A DNA stretch of 64,000 nucleotides, from NCBI GenBank assembly GCA_035540495.1, contig DATLGL010000015.1:128232-192231 (forward strand), given 5' to 3'. Source of the DNA: Acidimicrobiales bacterium (lineage in GTDB: Bacteria; Actinomycetota; Acidimicrobiia; Acidimicrobiales; CADCTF01). Numbering within the stretch: position 1 is the stretch's first letter; every line of letters starts with the position of its first letter. Position numbers and translations under genes: made by a program. This document shows positions 53,462 to 61,927 of this stretch, in pieces. The notes beneath the pieces are model-generated. The model had not been told where the DNA came from. It saw only the letters and a list, made by a program, of their open reading frames with translations, and ran no database searches.

Positions 53462-54814
53462 TCAGCGGTCGGCGCCGACGACCTGCCACCCCTCGCCGCG
53501 GAAGCGGGCGACGTTCCCCAGCAACCGGGCCACCATCAGCCCGGCGAGCGCGGCCCACAGCCACAGGAGGCCCGCGTCGCTCGCACGGACGACCACCGCG
53601 ATCGGGAGGAAGACCAGCAGCGAGCTCGCAGCCATCGCTCCAGCGAGGTAGCGCAGGTCGCCCGCGCCGATGAGCACCCCGTCGAGGACGAACACCACGG
53701 CGTTGATCGGCTGCAGGAGAGCGACGACGATCAGCACGTCGAGGGCGAGGTCGATGACCCGCTGGTCGTCGGTGAAGGCCGGCGCGAGCAGGGGCCGCAG
53801 CGCGATCACCAGCGCTGCGAAGGTGCACCCGGCGACGACGCCCCACTGCACCATCCGGCGCGACGCGTGTCGTGCGCCCGCGGCGTCACCGGCACCGAGC
53901 AGGCGTCCGACCATCGCCTGGCCGGCGATCGCGATGGCGTCGAGCACCAGCGCGAGGAAGCTCCACAGCTGGAAGGCGATCTGGTGCGCTCCGAGCGGCA
54001 CCTCGCCGAACCTCGATGCGACGGCCGTCGCTACGGCCAGCGCGGCGAGGAGCGACCCGGTCCGGAGGAAGAGCGCCTGCCCGACCACGACGAGACGTCG
54101 CAGGCGGGCCGGATCGAGCGCCCACGCGACGCCGGCGGCGACGACGCTCCGGAACACGACGCCGAGGTACACGATCGCAGCGCACACCTGCGCGATCACG
54201 GTGGCGAGGGCCGATGCGCCGATCCCCCGGTCGAAGCCGTAGATGAGGACGACTTCGATCACCAGGTTGATCACGTTCGACCCGACCGCGATGACGAGCG
54301 TCGTCTTCGTGTCCTGCAGTCCCCGGAGGTACCCGACGCCGACGAGGGCGAGCAGGACCGCGGGAGCACCCAGGGCGCTGATCCGCAGGTAGGTGATCGC
54401 GTGCTCGCGCACCTCGGCGGTGGGTCCGAAGAGGTCGATCGCGCCGGGCGCGAACACGACGCCGGCTGCGGCGAGCACGATCCCGAGCCCGGCGGCGAGC
54501 CAGACCCCTTGGACGGCGTGCTGCGCCGCCGCCGCCCGCTGATCGGCGCCGACGAAGCGGGCGACGGCCGCCGTCGTGCCGTAGGCGAGGAAGTTGAACA
54601 GGAAGAAGGCGGTCGTCAGCACCGTGCCTGCGATGGCCAGGCCGCCCAGTTGCGGTGTTCCGAGATGGCCGACGACGGCCGTGTCCGTGAGGACGTACAG
54701 CGGCTCGGCCGCCAGCGCCCCCAGAGCAGGCACCGCGAGCCGCAGGATCTCGCGGTCGGCGGGATGGCGGAGCGCTGGCACGGCGACGGGGAAGGATATG
54801 CCCGTGCCCCGCAC
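53462..54814 (-). CDS. MATE family efflux transporter
   Basis: 450 aa, 12 TM segments. N-terminal ILRLAVPALGALAAEPLYVLTDTAVVGHLG is typical of MATE (DinF/NorM-like). Alternative GTG start at 54781. Confidence 0.85.
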   Translation of the reverse strand: MRGTGISFPVAVPALRHPADREILRLAVPALGALAAEPLYVLTDTAVVGHLGTPQLGGLAIAGTVLTTAFFLFNFLAYGTTAAVARFVGADQRAAAAQHAVQGVWLAAGLGIVLAAAGVVFAPGAIDLFGPTAEVREHAITYLRISALGAPAVLLALVGVGYLRGLQDTKTTLVIAVGSNVINLVIEVVLIYGFDRGIGASALATVIAQVCAAIVYLGVVFRSVVAAGVAWALDPARLRRLVVVGQALFLRTGSLLAALAVATAVASRFGEVPLGAHQIAFQLWSFLALVLDAIAIAGQAMVGRLLGAGDAAGARHASRRMVQWGVVAGCTFAALVIALRPLLAPAFTDDQRVIDLALDVLIVVALLQPINAVVFVLDGVLIGAGDLRYLAGAMAASSLLVFLPIAVVVRASDAGLLWLWAALAGLMVARLLGNVARFRGEGWQVVGADR

Positions 54815-55034
54815 CTACCGGTTCTACGGACTCACCGAAGCGGGCGCGCGCGAGCTGTCCGAAGCCCTGAACGAGGACGGCATGATCGCCGCCGCGCTGC
54901 CGCCCGGTTCGCGTCCGCTCGCGGGGTGGGTGGTCGAAGCTGACGGGACCGAAGACCGCTCGGAGGGACTCCTCGAGATGCTCGCCGGCTTCTACGGCGG
55001 CACCTACGAGGGCGAAGACCTCGCCGGCGCCTGA
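54798..55034 (+). CDS. Hypothetical small protein (78 aa)
   Basis: ORF 54594..55034 trimmed to ATG 54798 (MPVPRTYRFYGLTEAGARELSEALNEDGMIAAAL…). Its stop abuts the first palindromic operator. Weak support. Confidence 0.35.
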   Translation: MPVPRTYRFYGLTEAGARELSEALNEDGMIAAALPPGSRPLAGWVVEADGTEDRSEGLLEMLAGFYGGTYEGEDLAGA

Positions 55035-55082
55035 CGTCAATCTGCCATTGACGCTCGGCCGTTCGTCAACGCACACTTGACG
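55035..55082. promoter_or_regulatory. Tandem 19-bp palindromes CGTCAA-N7-TTGACG x2 (candidate operator) abutting the HTH/Clp_N gene start
   Basis: CGTCAAtctgccaTTGACG at 55035-55053 and CGTCAAcgcacacTTGACG at 55064-55082. Centre-to-centre distance is 29 bp. The second palindrome ends 1 nt before ATG 55084. Confidence 0.5.
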
Positions 55083-55083
55083 C

Positions 55084-55764
55084 ATGGACCTCGACCAGCT
55101 GATCCGTCTTGTCCGTGACCGCGCCGACGACCCCTCGCCCCTCGGCCTCGTCCACGCCGCCGTGGCCGTGAGCGACGACGTGACTGCAGTGGCCGACGCC
55201 GTCGTCAGCCACTACGTCGAGCAGGCGAGGAACGCAGGGCACTCGTGGGCCGAGATCGGCGGAGCGCTCGGCGTGTCGAAGCAGGCCGTGCACCAGAAGT
55301 TCGTGAAGCAGGCCGCGTCGTTCAGCTTCGGCAGTCGCTTCACCGGACGGGCCAGGACCGCCCTCGACAACGCCCAAGCCGAGGCGCGCGGGCTCGATCA
55401 CAACTTCGTCGGCACCGAGCACCTGCTCCTCGGCATCCTGCGTGACCGGGACGCGGTCGCCACCAAGGCGCTGGAGCGGCTCGGGGTCTCGCCGCCTCCC
55501 GTCCAACAGGCGATCGAGTCGATGATCGGTCGAGGGCCGCAACGCGTGCACGGCGACCAACCGCTCACGCCGAGAGCGGTGCGGGCGCTCGAACGTTCGC
55601 TGTCGGAAGCGCTCAAGATGGGCCACAACTACATCGGCACGGAGCACCTGCTGCTCGGCCTCGTCGGCGAGAAGGACGGCGTCGCGGCGCGCGTGCTGAA
55701 GGATCTCGGCGTCAAGAAGGGCGCGTTGGTGCAGACGATCGCCCAGCTGGTGGCTACTGGTTGA
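55084..55764 (+). CDS. HTH domain + double Clp_N (ClpA/ClpC N-terminal repeat) domain protein
   Basis: N-terminal HTH (HSWAEIGGALGVSKQAVHQKF). Two Clp_N repeats (NFVGTEHLLLGIL.., NYIGTEHLLLGLV..). No AAA+ module. Confidence 0.8.
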   Translation: MDLDQLIRLVRDRADDPSPLGLVHAAVAVSDDVTAVADAVVSHYVEQARNAGHSWAEIGGALGVSKQAVHQKFVKQAASFSFGSRFTGRARTALDNAQAEARGLDHNFVGTEHLLLGILRDRDAVATKALERLGVSPPPVQQAIESMIGRGPQRVHGDQPLTPRAVRALERSLSEALKMGHNYIGTEHLLLGLVGEKDGVAARVLKDLGVKKGALVQTIAQLVATG

Positions 55765-55770
55765 GCTGCG

Positions 55771-57315
55771 TCAGTTGACGCCGCGGTCGCGGCCGGCCCA
55801 GAACGGCTCGCGGAGCTTGAACTTCTGGAGCTTGCCGGTGGCGGTACGAGCGAGCTCGGTGCGGAACTCGATCGACGTCGGGCACTTGTAGTGAGCCATC
55901 CGTCCGCGGCAGTGCTCGATCAGCTCCGCCTCCGTCGCCGACTGCCCCTCACGGAGCACGACGAGCGCCTTCACCGTCTCGCCCCACTTCTCGTCGGGCA
56001 CGCCGATCACCGCGCACTCGGCGACGGCAGGGTGCTGGAACAGGCAGTCTTCGACCTCGATCGACGAGACGTTCTCGCCGCCGGAGATGATCACGTCCTT
56101 CTTCCGGTCGGCGATCACGACGTAGGGTCCGTCGAGGTAGCCGCCGTCGCCGGTGTGGAACCACCCACCGTCGAGTGCCTTGGCCGACTCCTCCGGCTGG
56201 TTCCAGTAGCCCTCGAACACGTGGTTCGACTTGGCGAGCACCTCGCCCTCGTCGTCGACCCTGACCTTCACCCCCACGCACGGCACCCCGGCGCGTGAGA
56301 GCAGGCGAGCCCGCTCCGCGGAGTCGAGCTCGTCCCACTCGGAGCGAGCCCGGTTCATCGTGAGCAGCGGCGCCGTCTCGGTGAGGCCGTAGATCTGGAT
56401 GAACTCCCAGCCCAGCTCGGTCTCGACCCGTTCGATCGTCTTCGACGGCGGGGGCGCGCCCGCGACCACCATCCGCACACGATCGCGGCCCGGGATCTCC
56501 TCGCCCCGTTCTCGCCGCGCGGACGCGGCGTCGAGGATCGCGGCGACGACCGCGGGAGCGCCGCACAACAGCGTCACGCCGTGCTCGTCGATCCGGCGAA
56601 GGATGTCTTCGCCGTCGACCTTCCGGAGCACGATCTGCTTCACGCCCATGGTCGTGCACGCGTACGGCATCCCCCACCCATTGGCGTGGAACATCGGGAG
56701 GGTGTGGAGGTACACGTCGCGATCGGTCACCGTTGCGTGCCAGCCGAAGCTCATCGCGTTGAGCACGTTGTTGCGGTGCGTCAGCTGCACGCCCTTCGGG
56801 CGCGCCGTCGTTCCCGACGTGTAGTTGATCGTCGCCGTCGCGTCCTCGTCGGGCTCCCATGCCTGCGGCTGGGCCGACGGATCGTCGGCGAACAGCTCGG
56901 CATCGGCGGTGCCGTCGAGGAGGATGCGCTCCTTCGCGGTGACACCGGCGAGCGCTTCGTCGAGCTCGGGATCGATCAGGAGCACCGAAGCGCCCGAGTG
57001 GTCGACGATGTAGTTGACCTCTTCCGCGTTGAGCCGGAAGTTGACCGGAACGAGGACGCGCCCGAAGCCACTGACGCCGTAGAAGGCGATGAGGAACCGG
57101 GCTGCGTTCTGGCTGACGATCGCGACCCGCTCGCCCTGCTCCACGCCCATCCGATCGAGTGCCGCAGCCATCGTCCGTGCGCGGCGGTGGAGCTCGCTGT
57201 AGGTGATCGAACCGAGCGACCCCGGGCGTCCGGGCTCGTCGACGACCGCGATCCGGTCGCCGTAGACGAAGTCGGCCCGCTCCAGGAAATCTCCGACGGT
57301 CAGCGGCACGCGCAT
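55771..57315 (-). CDS. AMP-dependent acyl-CoA synthetase/ligase (FadD-like)
   Basis: 514 aa. AMP-binding motif INYTSGTTARPKGVQLTH, followed by GYGLTE-like YGLTETAP, TGDGGYLD, and the C-terminal GKLQKFKLR. Confidence 0.9.
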   Translation of the reverse strand: MRVPLTVGDFLERADFVYGDRIAVVDEPGRPGSLGSITYSELHRRARTMAAALDRMGVEQGERVAIVSQNAARFLIAFYGVSGFGRVLVPVNFRLNAEEVNYIVDHSGASVLLIDPELDEALAGVTAKERILLDGTADAELFADDPSAQPQAWEPDEDATATINYTSGTTARPKGVQLTHRNNVLNAMSFGWHATVTDRDVYLHTLPMFHANGWGMPYACTTMGVKQIVLRKVDGEDILRRIDEHGVTLLCGAPAVVAAILDAASARRERGEEIPGRDRVRMVVAGAPPPSKTIERVETELGWEFIQIYGLTETAPLLTMNRARSEWDELDSAERARLLSRAGVPCVGVKVRVDDEGEVLAKSNHVFEGYWNQPEESAKALDGGWFHTGDGGYLDGPYVVIADRKKDVIISGGENVSSIEVEDCLFQHPAVAECAVIGVPDEKWGETVKALVVLREGQSATEAELIEHCRGRMAHYKCPTSIEFRTELARTATGKLQKFKLREPFWAGRDRGVN

Positions 57316-57472
57316 GTGTTGATGCTCCCCTCCGTGTGTCGTCCGCCACAGTACAGAAGCCGTTTACAGCGGTCGCGCGTCGGCTAGAACTCCTCGGTCA
57401 ATCGCTGTTGCCGCTCGCGTCCGTCGGGTTCCCGATCGACGCCGGGTGGCCGGAAAGGTCATCTGGGGACTC

Positions 57473-58039
57473 ATGCGCCGCTTGGCGATGGGCGCCATCG
57501 TCGGCGTCCTCGCCTTCGCTTCACCCGTCGACACGTCGTCGGGGGAAGCATCCGAGACCGCCCGTCGTGGAGAGCGACCCCGCCGCGAGGTGCGGACGCT
57601 CACCACGTCGCTCTCGTCGACGCGAGCAGCCGCGTCGTCGACGGCCGCCACGTTCACGTCGGTGGTCGGGCCGCAGCCGTCGGCGGAGGACGACGAGCAG
57701 GCGATGATCGAGGCCGCCCGGCATGACCGCCTCCGTGCGACCCAGGCCGCCGACCGGCGCACCACCCGCAGCCGCGCCGCCGCGATGGCGGCCGCGAACC
57801 CCGACATCTGGCGAGCCCTCGGCGAGTGCGAGTCGCACAACGACCCGCGAGCCGTGTCGAAGAGCGGCAAGTACCGGGGTGCCTTCCAGTTCTCGATCCC
57901 GACGTGGCGGAGCCTCGGCTACGGAGGCGACCCGATCGACCACTCCTACGCGGAGCAACTCGCTGCGGCCAAGAAGCTGCAAGCGCGATCCGGCTGGGAT
58001 CAGTGGCCGTCGTGTGCCCGCCGCCTCGGCCTCATCTGA
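57473..58039 (+). CDS. rpf: Resuscitation-promoting factor (Rpf)-like secreted transglycosylase
   Basis: ORF 57446..58039. ATG 57473 gives the signal peptide MRRLAMGAIVGVLAFASPV. C-terminal Rpf domain IWRALGECESHNDPRAVSKSGKYRGAFQFSIPTWRSLGYGG...GWDQWPSCARRLGL. Confidence 0.8.
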   Translation: MRRLAMGAIVGVLAFASPVDTSSGEASETARRGERPRREVRTLTTSLSSTRAAASSTAATFTSVVGPQPSAEDDEQAMIEAARHDRLRATQAADRRTTRSRAAAMAAANPDIWRALGECESHNDPRAVSKSGKYRGAFQFSIPTWRSLGYGGDPIDHSYAEQLAAAKKLQARSGWDQWPSCARRLGLI

Positions 58040-58048
58040 GGCATCCGA

Positions 58049-58072
58049 GGCTCAGCGGCTCAGCGGCTCAGC
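58049..58072. repeat. Octamer tandem repeat (GGCTCAGC)x3, followed by degenerate GGCTCTGGCTCAGCGGCC
   Basis: Read directly from the sequence. Lies between the convergent rpf stop (58039) and the coiled-coil gene, whose stop codon (58082-58084) falls inside the degenerate copy. Confidence 0.9.
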
Positions 58073-58081
58073 GGCTCTGGC

Positions 58082-60097
58082 TCAGCGGCCGAAGAGACGG
58101 CTGAAGCGGCGCCGGCGGGGACGGTCGAACGCATCCAACTCGGTCGCCTCGCCCGCGCCGGCGAGATCGACGACGTCGTCGAGGACGATCGGCTCGTCGA
58201 CGCCACGATCACGGCGAGCCGACCCGATCAGCGGCGGCCGCTCGACCGGCAACATCCGAGGCGCGTGGGGCTGGCGAGGCTGCGGGGGCTCCGGCACCGC
58301 GTGCAAATCCGGTCGCTCGTCTCGAGCCGCGCCGTCGAAGGTCGCCTCGGCCGACTCGAGCGCCGGGAGCAGCTTCCGTGACCGCTCGAGGAGCTCGGCG
58401 AGGTCTTCACGTGCCGCGCGCAGATGGTCACGCGCCGGCGCGAGCTCGCCCGCGACGCGCTCGCGCAACACGTCGGCCTCGGCTTCGGCCTTCGCGAGCA
58501 CCGCAGCTGCCTGCTCCTCGGCGTCGCGAAGGGTCCGAGCCAGCGCCTCCGCGGCCTGTGCCCGCACCAACGCGGCGTCGCTGGCGGCATCGCCCGCGAC
58601 CGACGCAGCTTCGGTCCGCGCATCGTCGGCGATCCGCTCGGCTGCGGCGTGGCCCTCCGCGATGATGCGGCGGGCCTGCTCCTCGGCCGCAGCGAGGATC
58701 ACCTCGCGCTCGGCGGCGATGCGGCTGTCCGCGTCCTCCTGCATGCGGACGACCGCTGCGCGTCCTTCGGCGACGAGCTGCTCGCTCCGCTGCTCGGCGT
58801 CCGCGACGAGCTCCTCGGTCCGGCGCCGCGCGTCCGCGAGCAGCTGATCGCGCTCACGCCGGGCCTCCCCCAGCATGGTGTCGCGCTGGCGAGCAGCCTC
58901 GGCCAGCATCTCGTCTCGGACCGCAGCAGCGGCAGCGTCTTCGGCCTCGACCAACTGACGGGCCGCAGCTTCCCGGGCCTGCGCCGCGAGCTCGGCTCCC
59001 GCGAGGATGCGGTCACGAACGGCGTCCGCAGCGTCGAGGGCTTCCAGCGCTGCGGCGTGGCGAGCACGGTCGACGATGTCGTGCCACTCCTCGTCGGCCT
59101 CGCGCAACCACTCGTCGGCCAGTGCCTTCGCATCGCCGAGGACGGCATCGCGGGCCGAGGCGAGCTCGTCGTAGCGGCGCTCGAGGTCGTCCTCGGCGGC
59201 CGACACCGCCGCCTCACGCGACGCCACTTGCGCCGCGAACGCATCGAGCTCCGCTCGCCGCTCGGCCCACACTCGCTCGAACGCCGCCTCCCGCTCCGCG
59301 AGTGAGTCCTCGAAGGCTGCCCGGCGGCGCGAGATCTCCGCGTCGACCTCTTCGAGCTGGCGTGCCGCATCCGCGCGCAGCGCGCGACGACGCTCGATGG
59401 TCTCGGCCTCGAGCTCTTCGCGCCGCCGATCGACGTCGGCCTCGAAGGCGGCGCCGGCCGCGGCACGTTCGGCCTCGAACTCCTGGCGTCGGGCGGCGAT
59501 CTCGGCTTCCAGAGCGCGCCGGCGATCACGGATCTCGGCGTCGGCCGCGGCGTGGCGGGCCGCGATGTCGTCGTCGAGCGCCTGGCGCGCGGCGGCGACC
59601 TGCTCGTCGAAGCGAGCCCGCATCCCGGCCAGCTCGCGTTCGGTTGCGAGGCGCAGCTCGTTGGCTTCGACACGAGCGTCCATGCGGCGCCGTGCCGCTT
59701 CGTCCTTCGCCGAGAGGACGATCTCCTCCGCCTCGCCCCGAAGCCGGGTGGCATCGGCGCGCGCGTCGGCGAGGATGCGCTCGACCTCCCGCTGCGAGCT
59801 GACGCGCGCAGCGGCGACGGCCTCGTTCGCGGCGTCGGCCACGATCCGGGCGGCGTCGGCGTCCGCCGAGGTGTACAGGAGCCGCCGCTCGTGCTCCGCT
59901 TGGAGCCGCATCTTGATCAGGGCCTGGCCGGTCTCACCCTCGAGCTGGCGGATCGCGGCCTCGCGGCGTGCGACGGCTTCTTCCCGTTCCCGGAGCCGCT
60001 CCTCGACCGACGGCGCGCGAGCGGCAGGCGCGGGCCGGGGCAGGACGTCGTCGCCCCAGAACTCCAGCTGATCGTCGTCCGCGCCGGCCGAATGCAC
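58082..60097 (-). CDS. 671-aa Ala/Glu/Arg-rich coiled-coil protein
   Basis: GTG start 30 nt downstream of the PilB-like gene. High GC3 over the whole length. Long heptad-like helical repeats (…AEEIVLSAKDEAARRRMDARVEANELRLATERELAGMRARFDEQVAAARQALDDDIAARH…). Pro-rich segment and a basic C-terminal tail RPRRRRFSRLFGR. No TM segment. Confidence 0.7.
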   Translation of the reverse strand: MHSAGADDDQLEFWGDDVLPRPAPAARAPSVEERLREREEAVARREAAIRQLEGETGQALIKMRLQAEHERRLLYTSADADAARIVADAANEAVAAARVSSQREVERILADARADATRLRGEAEEIVLSAKDEAARRRMDARVEANELRLATERELAGMRARFDEQVAAARQALDDDIAARHAAADAEIRDRRRALEAEIAARRQEFEAERAAAGAAFEADVDRRREELEAETIERRRALRADAARQLEEVDAEISRRRAAFEDSLAEREAAFERVWAERRAELDAFAAQVASREAAVSAAEDDLERRYDELASARDAVLGDAKALADEWLREADEEWHDIVDRARHAAALEALDAADAVRDRILAGAELAAQAREAAARQLVEAEDAAAAAVRDEMLAEAARQRDTMLGEARRERDQLLADARRRTEELVADAEQRSEQLVAEGRAAVVRMQEDADSRIAAEREVILAAAEEQARRIIAEGHAAAERIADDARTEAASVAGDAASDAALVRAQAAEALARTLRDAEEQAAAVLAKAEAEADVLRERVAGELAPARDHLRAAREDLAELLERSRKLLPALESAEATFDGAARDERPDLHAVPEPPQPRQPHAPRMLPVERPPLIGSARRDRGVDEPIVLDDVVDLAGAGEATELDAFDRPRRRRFSRLFGR

Positions 60098-60127
60098 CCT
60101 TTGATGATGCCGGATCTACCGCGCCGG

Positions 60128-61840
60128 CTACGCGATGGCCCGGAGGACCTCGTCGATCGACGTCTCGCCGTTGGCGGCCTTCCGCAGAGCGTCTTCGCGC
60201 AGCGGGACCATGCCCTGCTCGATCGCCAGTTCCTGCAGCTCGCGGGGCGTGGCCTTCGCGACGAGCAACTGGTCGATCTCCTCGGTCATCTCCATGACCT
60301 CGTGGATGCCCATCCGGCCGAGATAGCCGGTCTTCGAGCACGCGTTGCACCCGACGGCCTTGAAGAACGTGTTGCCCTTCTGCTTGAACACCCACTCGGG
60401 GAGGACGTCTTCGAGCGCCTCGTCGGCCCCCGGATCGAAGGGCTGCTTGCAGCGCTCGCACAGGCGGCGGCAGAGGCGCTGGGCGACGATCGCCGACATC
60501 GCAGAGGTGACCATGAACGGCTCGATGCCCATGTCGAGCAGGCGCACCGGCGTCGACGCGGCGTCGTTCGTGTGGAGCGACGTGATCACGAGGTGACCGG
60601 TGAGCGCAGCCTCCATCGCGATCTTCGCCGTCTCGACGTCGCGCATCTCGCCGACCATCACGATGTCGGGGTCGGAGCGCAGGATCGCCCGCAGCGCGCT
60701 GGCGAACGTGAGACCGGCCTTGCGGTTGACCTGCATCTGCTTCACGCCGGCCAGGCGGTACTCGATCGGATCTTCGATCGTGATGATGTTGCGGGTGGGG
60801 CTGTTGAGCTCCTGGAGCGCCGCGTACATCGTCGTCGACTTGCCGGATCCGGTCGGGCCGGTGACGACGATCGAGCCCCACGGGCGCCGGATGGCGGCCT
60901 CGAAGACCTTCAGGGCGGCAACCGACATCCCGATCTCGCTGAGGTTCCGCATGCCCTCGGACTCCTCGAGGACCCGGATGACGATCGCCTCGCCGTAGGC
61001 CGTCGGAAGGGTCGCGACACGAAGCGACACGGACCGACCGTTCACCGACAGCGCGATGCGACCGTCTTGCGGGATGCGGCGCTCGGCGATGTTGATCTCC
61101 GCCATGATCTTCACGCGGCTGGTGACGGCGGCCTGCGCCGCGCGAGGGACGGTCATGACCTCGTGGAGGACGCCGTCGATGCGGAACCGGACCTTCATCT
61201 CGCGCTCGAGTGGATCGAGGTGGATGTCGGAGGCGCGCTCGTTCACCGCGCGGGTGATCAGCTGGTTGACGAACTGGATGACGGGGGCGTCCTCGGCCTG
61301 GGCCGACGCGAGCGCCTCGTTGATGTCCTCGGTGCCGATCTCCTCCTCGATGCGGAGGATCGCTTCGTCGCTCTCGGCCGCGCCCCACACGCGGTCGATC
61401 GCCCGCATGAGCTGGTTCGGCTCGGCCATGAGCGCGCGGATGTCTTCGCCGGTGACGCTGCGGAGGTCGTCGAGGGAGAAGACGTTCGTCGGGTTGACCA
61501 TCGCCACGAGGAGTCGGTCGTTCTCCCAGCCGACCGGGAGCAGCTGGTGGTACCGAGCGAACGACTCCTTGACCAGCTGCACGGCGCTCGGGTCGATCGG
61601 ACGTTCTTCGAGGTCGATGAACTCGAGGCCGAAGTGCTCGGCGAGCGTGCGGACGAGGTCGACCTCGTCGACGTAGCCGCGGGTGACGAGGATGGTGCCG
61701 AGACGCTCGGCCGTCACCTGCTGCTCGCGCAGTGCCTCTTCGAGCTGCTCGTCGGAGATGATGCCCTTCGCGATGAGCATCTCGCCCAGGCGAGGGCCAC
61801 GTGCACGCTTCGCCACCTGGGTCTGCCGGAGGATCGCCAC
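60128..61840 (-). CDS. GspE/PilB-family secretion ATPase with N-terminal MshEN-type (c-di-GMP-binding) domain
   Basis: 570 aa. Walker A GPTGSGKSTT, Walker B DPDIVMVGEMRD, His box GHLVITSLHTND. Tetracysteine CERC...CNAC. The N-terminus carries two consecutive RLGxxLIxxGxIxxxxLxxxLxxQ-type motifs. An alternative GTG start at 61816 has no effect on the domains. Confidence 0.9.
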   Translation of the reverse strand: MAILRQTQVAKRARGPRLGEMLIAKGIISDEQLEEALREQQVTAERLGTILVTRGYVDEVDLVRTLAEHFGLEFIDLEERPIDPSAVQLVKESFARYHQLLPVGWENDRLLVAMVNPTNVFSLDDLRSVTGEDIRALMAEPNQLMRAIDRVWGAAESDEAILRIEEEIGTEDINEALASAQAEDAPVIQFVNQLITRAVNERASDIHLDPLEREMKVRFRIDGVLHEVMTVPRAAQAAVTSRVKIMAEINIAERRIPQDGRIALSVNGRSVSLRVATLPTAYGEAIVIRVLEESEGMRNLSEIGMSVAALKVFEAAIRRPWGSIVVTGPTGSGKSTTMYAALQELNSPTRNIITIEDPIEYRLAGVKQMQVNRKAGLTFASALRAILRSDPDIVMVGEMRDVETAKIAMEAALTGHLVITSLHTNDAASTPVRLLDMGIEPFMVTSAMSAIVAQRLCRRLCERCKQPFDPGADEALEDVLPEWVFKQKGNTFFKAVGCNACSKTGYLGRMGIHEVMEMTEEIDQLLVAKATPRELQELAIEQGMVPLREDALRKAANGETSIDEVLRAIA

Positions 61841-61927
61841 GAATTCAACTATCGGCTGCTCAGCGCCGCTTTGTAGGCGAACCCCCCAACAGGGCTACCT
61901 GTGCACCACCCCAACATCTGACGATCT

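Noticed and set aside
55032-55039. TGACGTCA (CRE-like 8-bp palindrome) as an independent site
   Set aside because: It is produced by the upstream stop codon TGA abutting the first CGTCAA arm. The larger CGTCAA-N7-TTGACG pairs explain it better.
57316-57472. Possible ydaO/c-di-AMP riboswitch upstream of rpf, suggested by AAUCGCUG and GGGGAC-like strings
   Set aside because: Only ~75 nt are available between the AAUCGCUG string and the start codon. The conserved blocks (GCGGGGGACCCA, GGGGUGAAUCC, CCCGAA..CAGCUAACCUCG.AAGCG) are absent or out of order. A covariance-model search would settle it.
58049-58090. Short direct repeats considered as a possible CRISPR array or mini-array
   Set aside because: The units are contiguous 8-mers without spacers and no cas genes are present, so this is a simple microsatellite.
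59552-61876. 774-aa plus-strand ORF opposite the PilB-like gene
   Set aside because: It is a shadow ORF with Arg/Asp/Leu/Gly-rich junk. The minus strand encodes complete GspE-family motifs.
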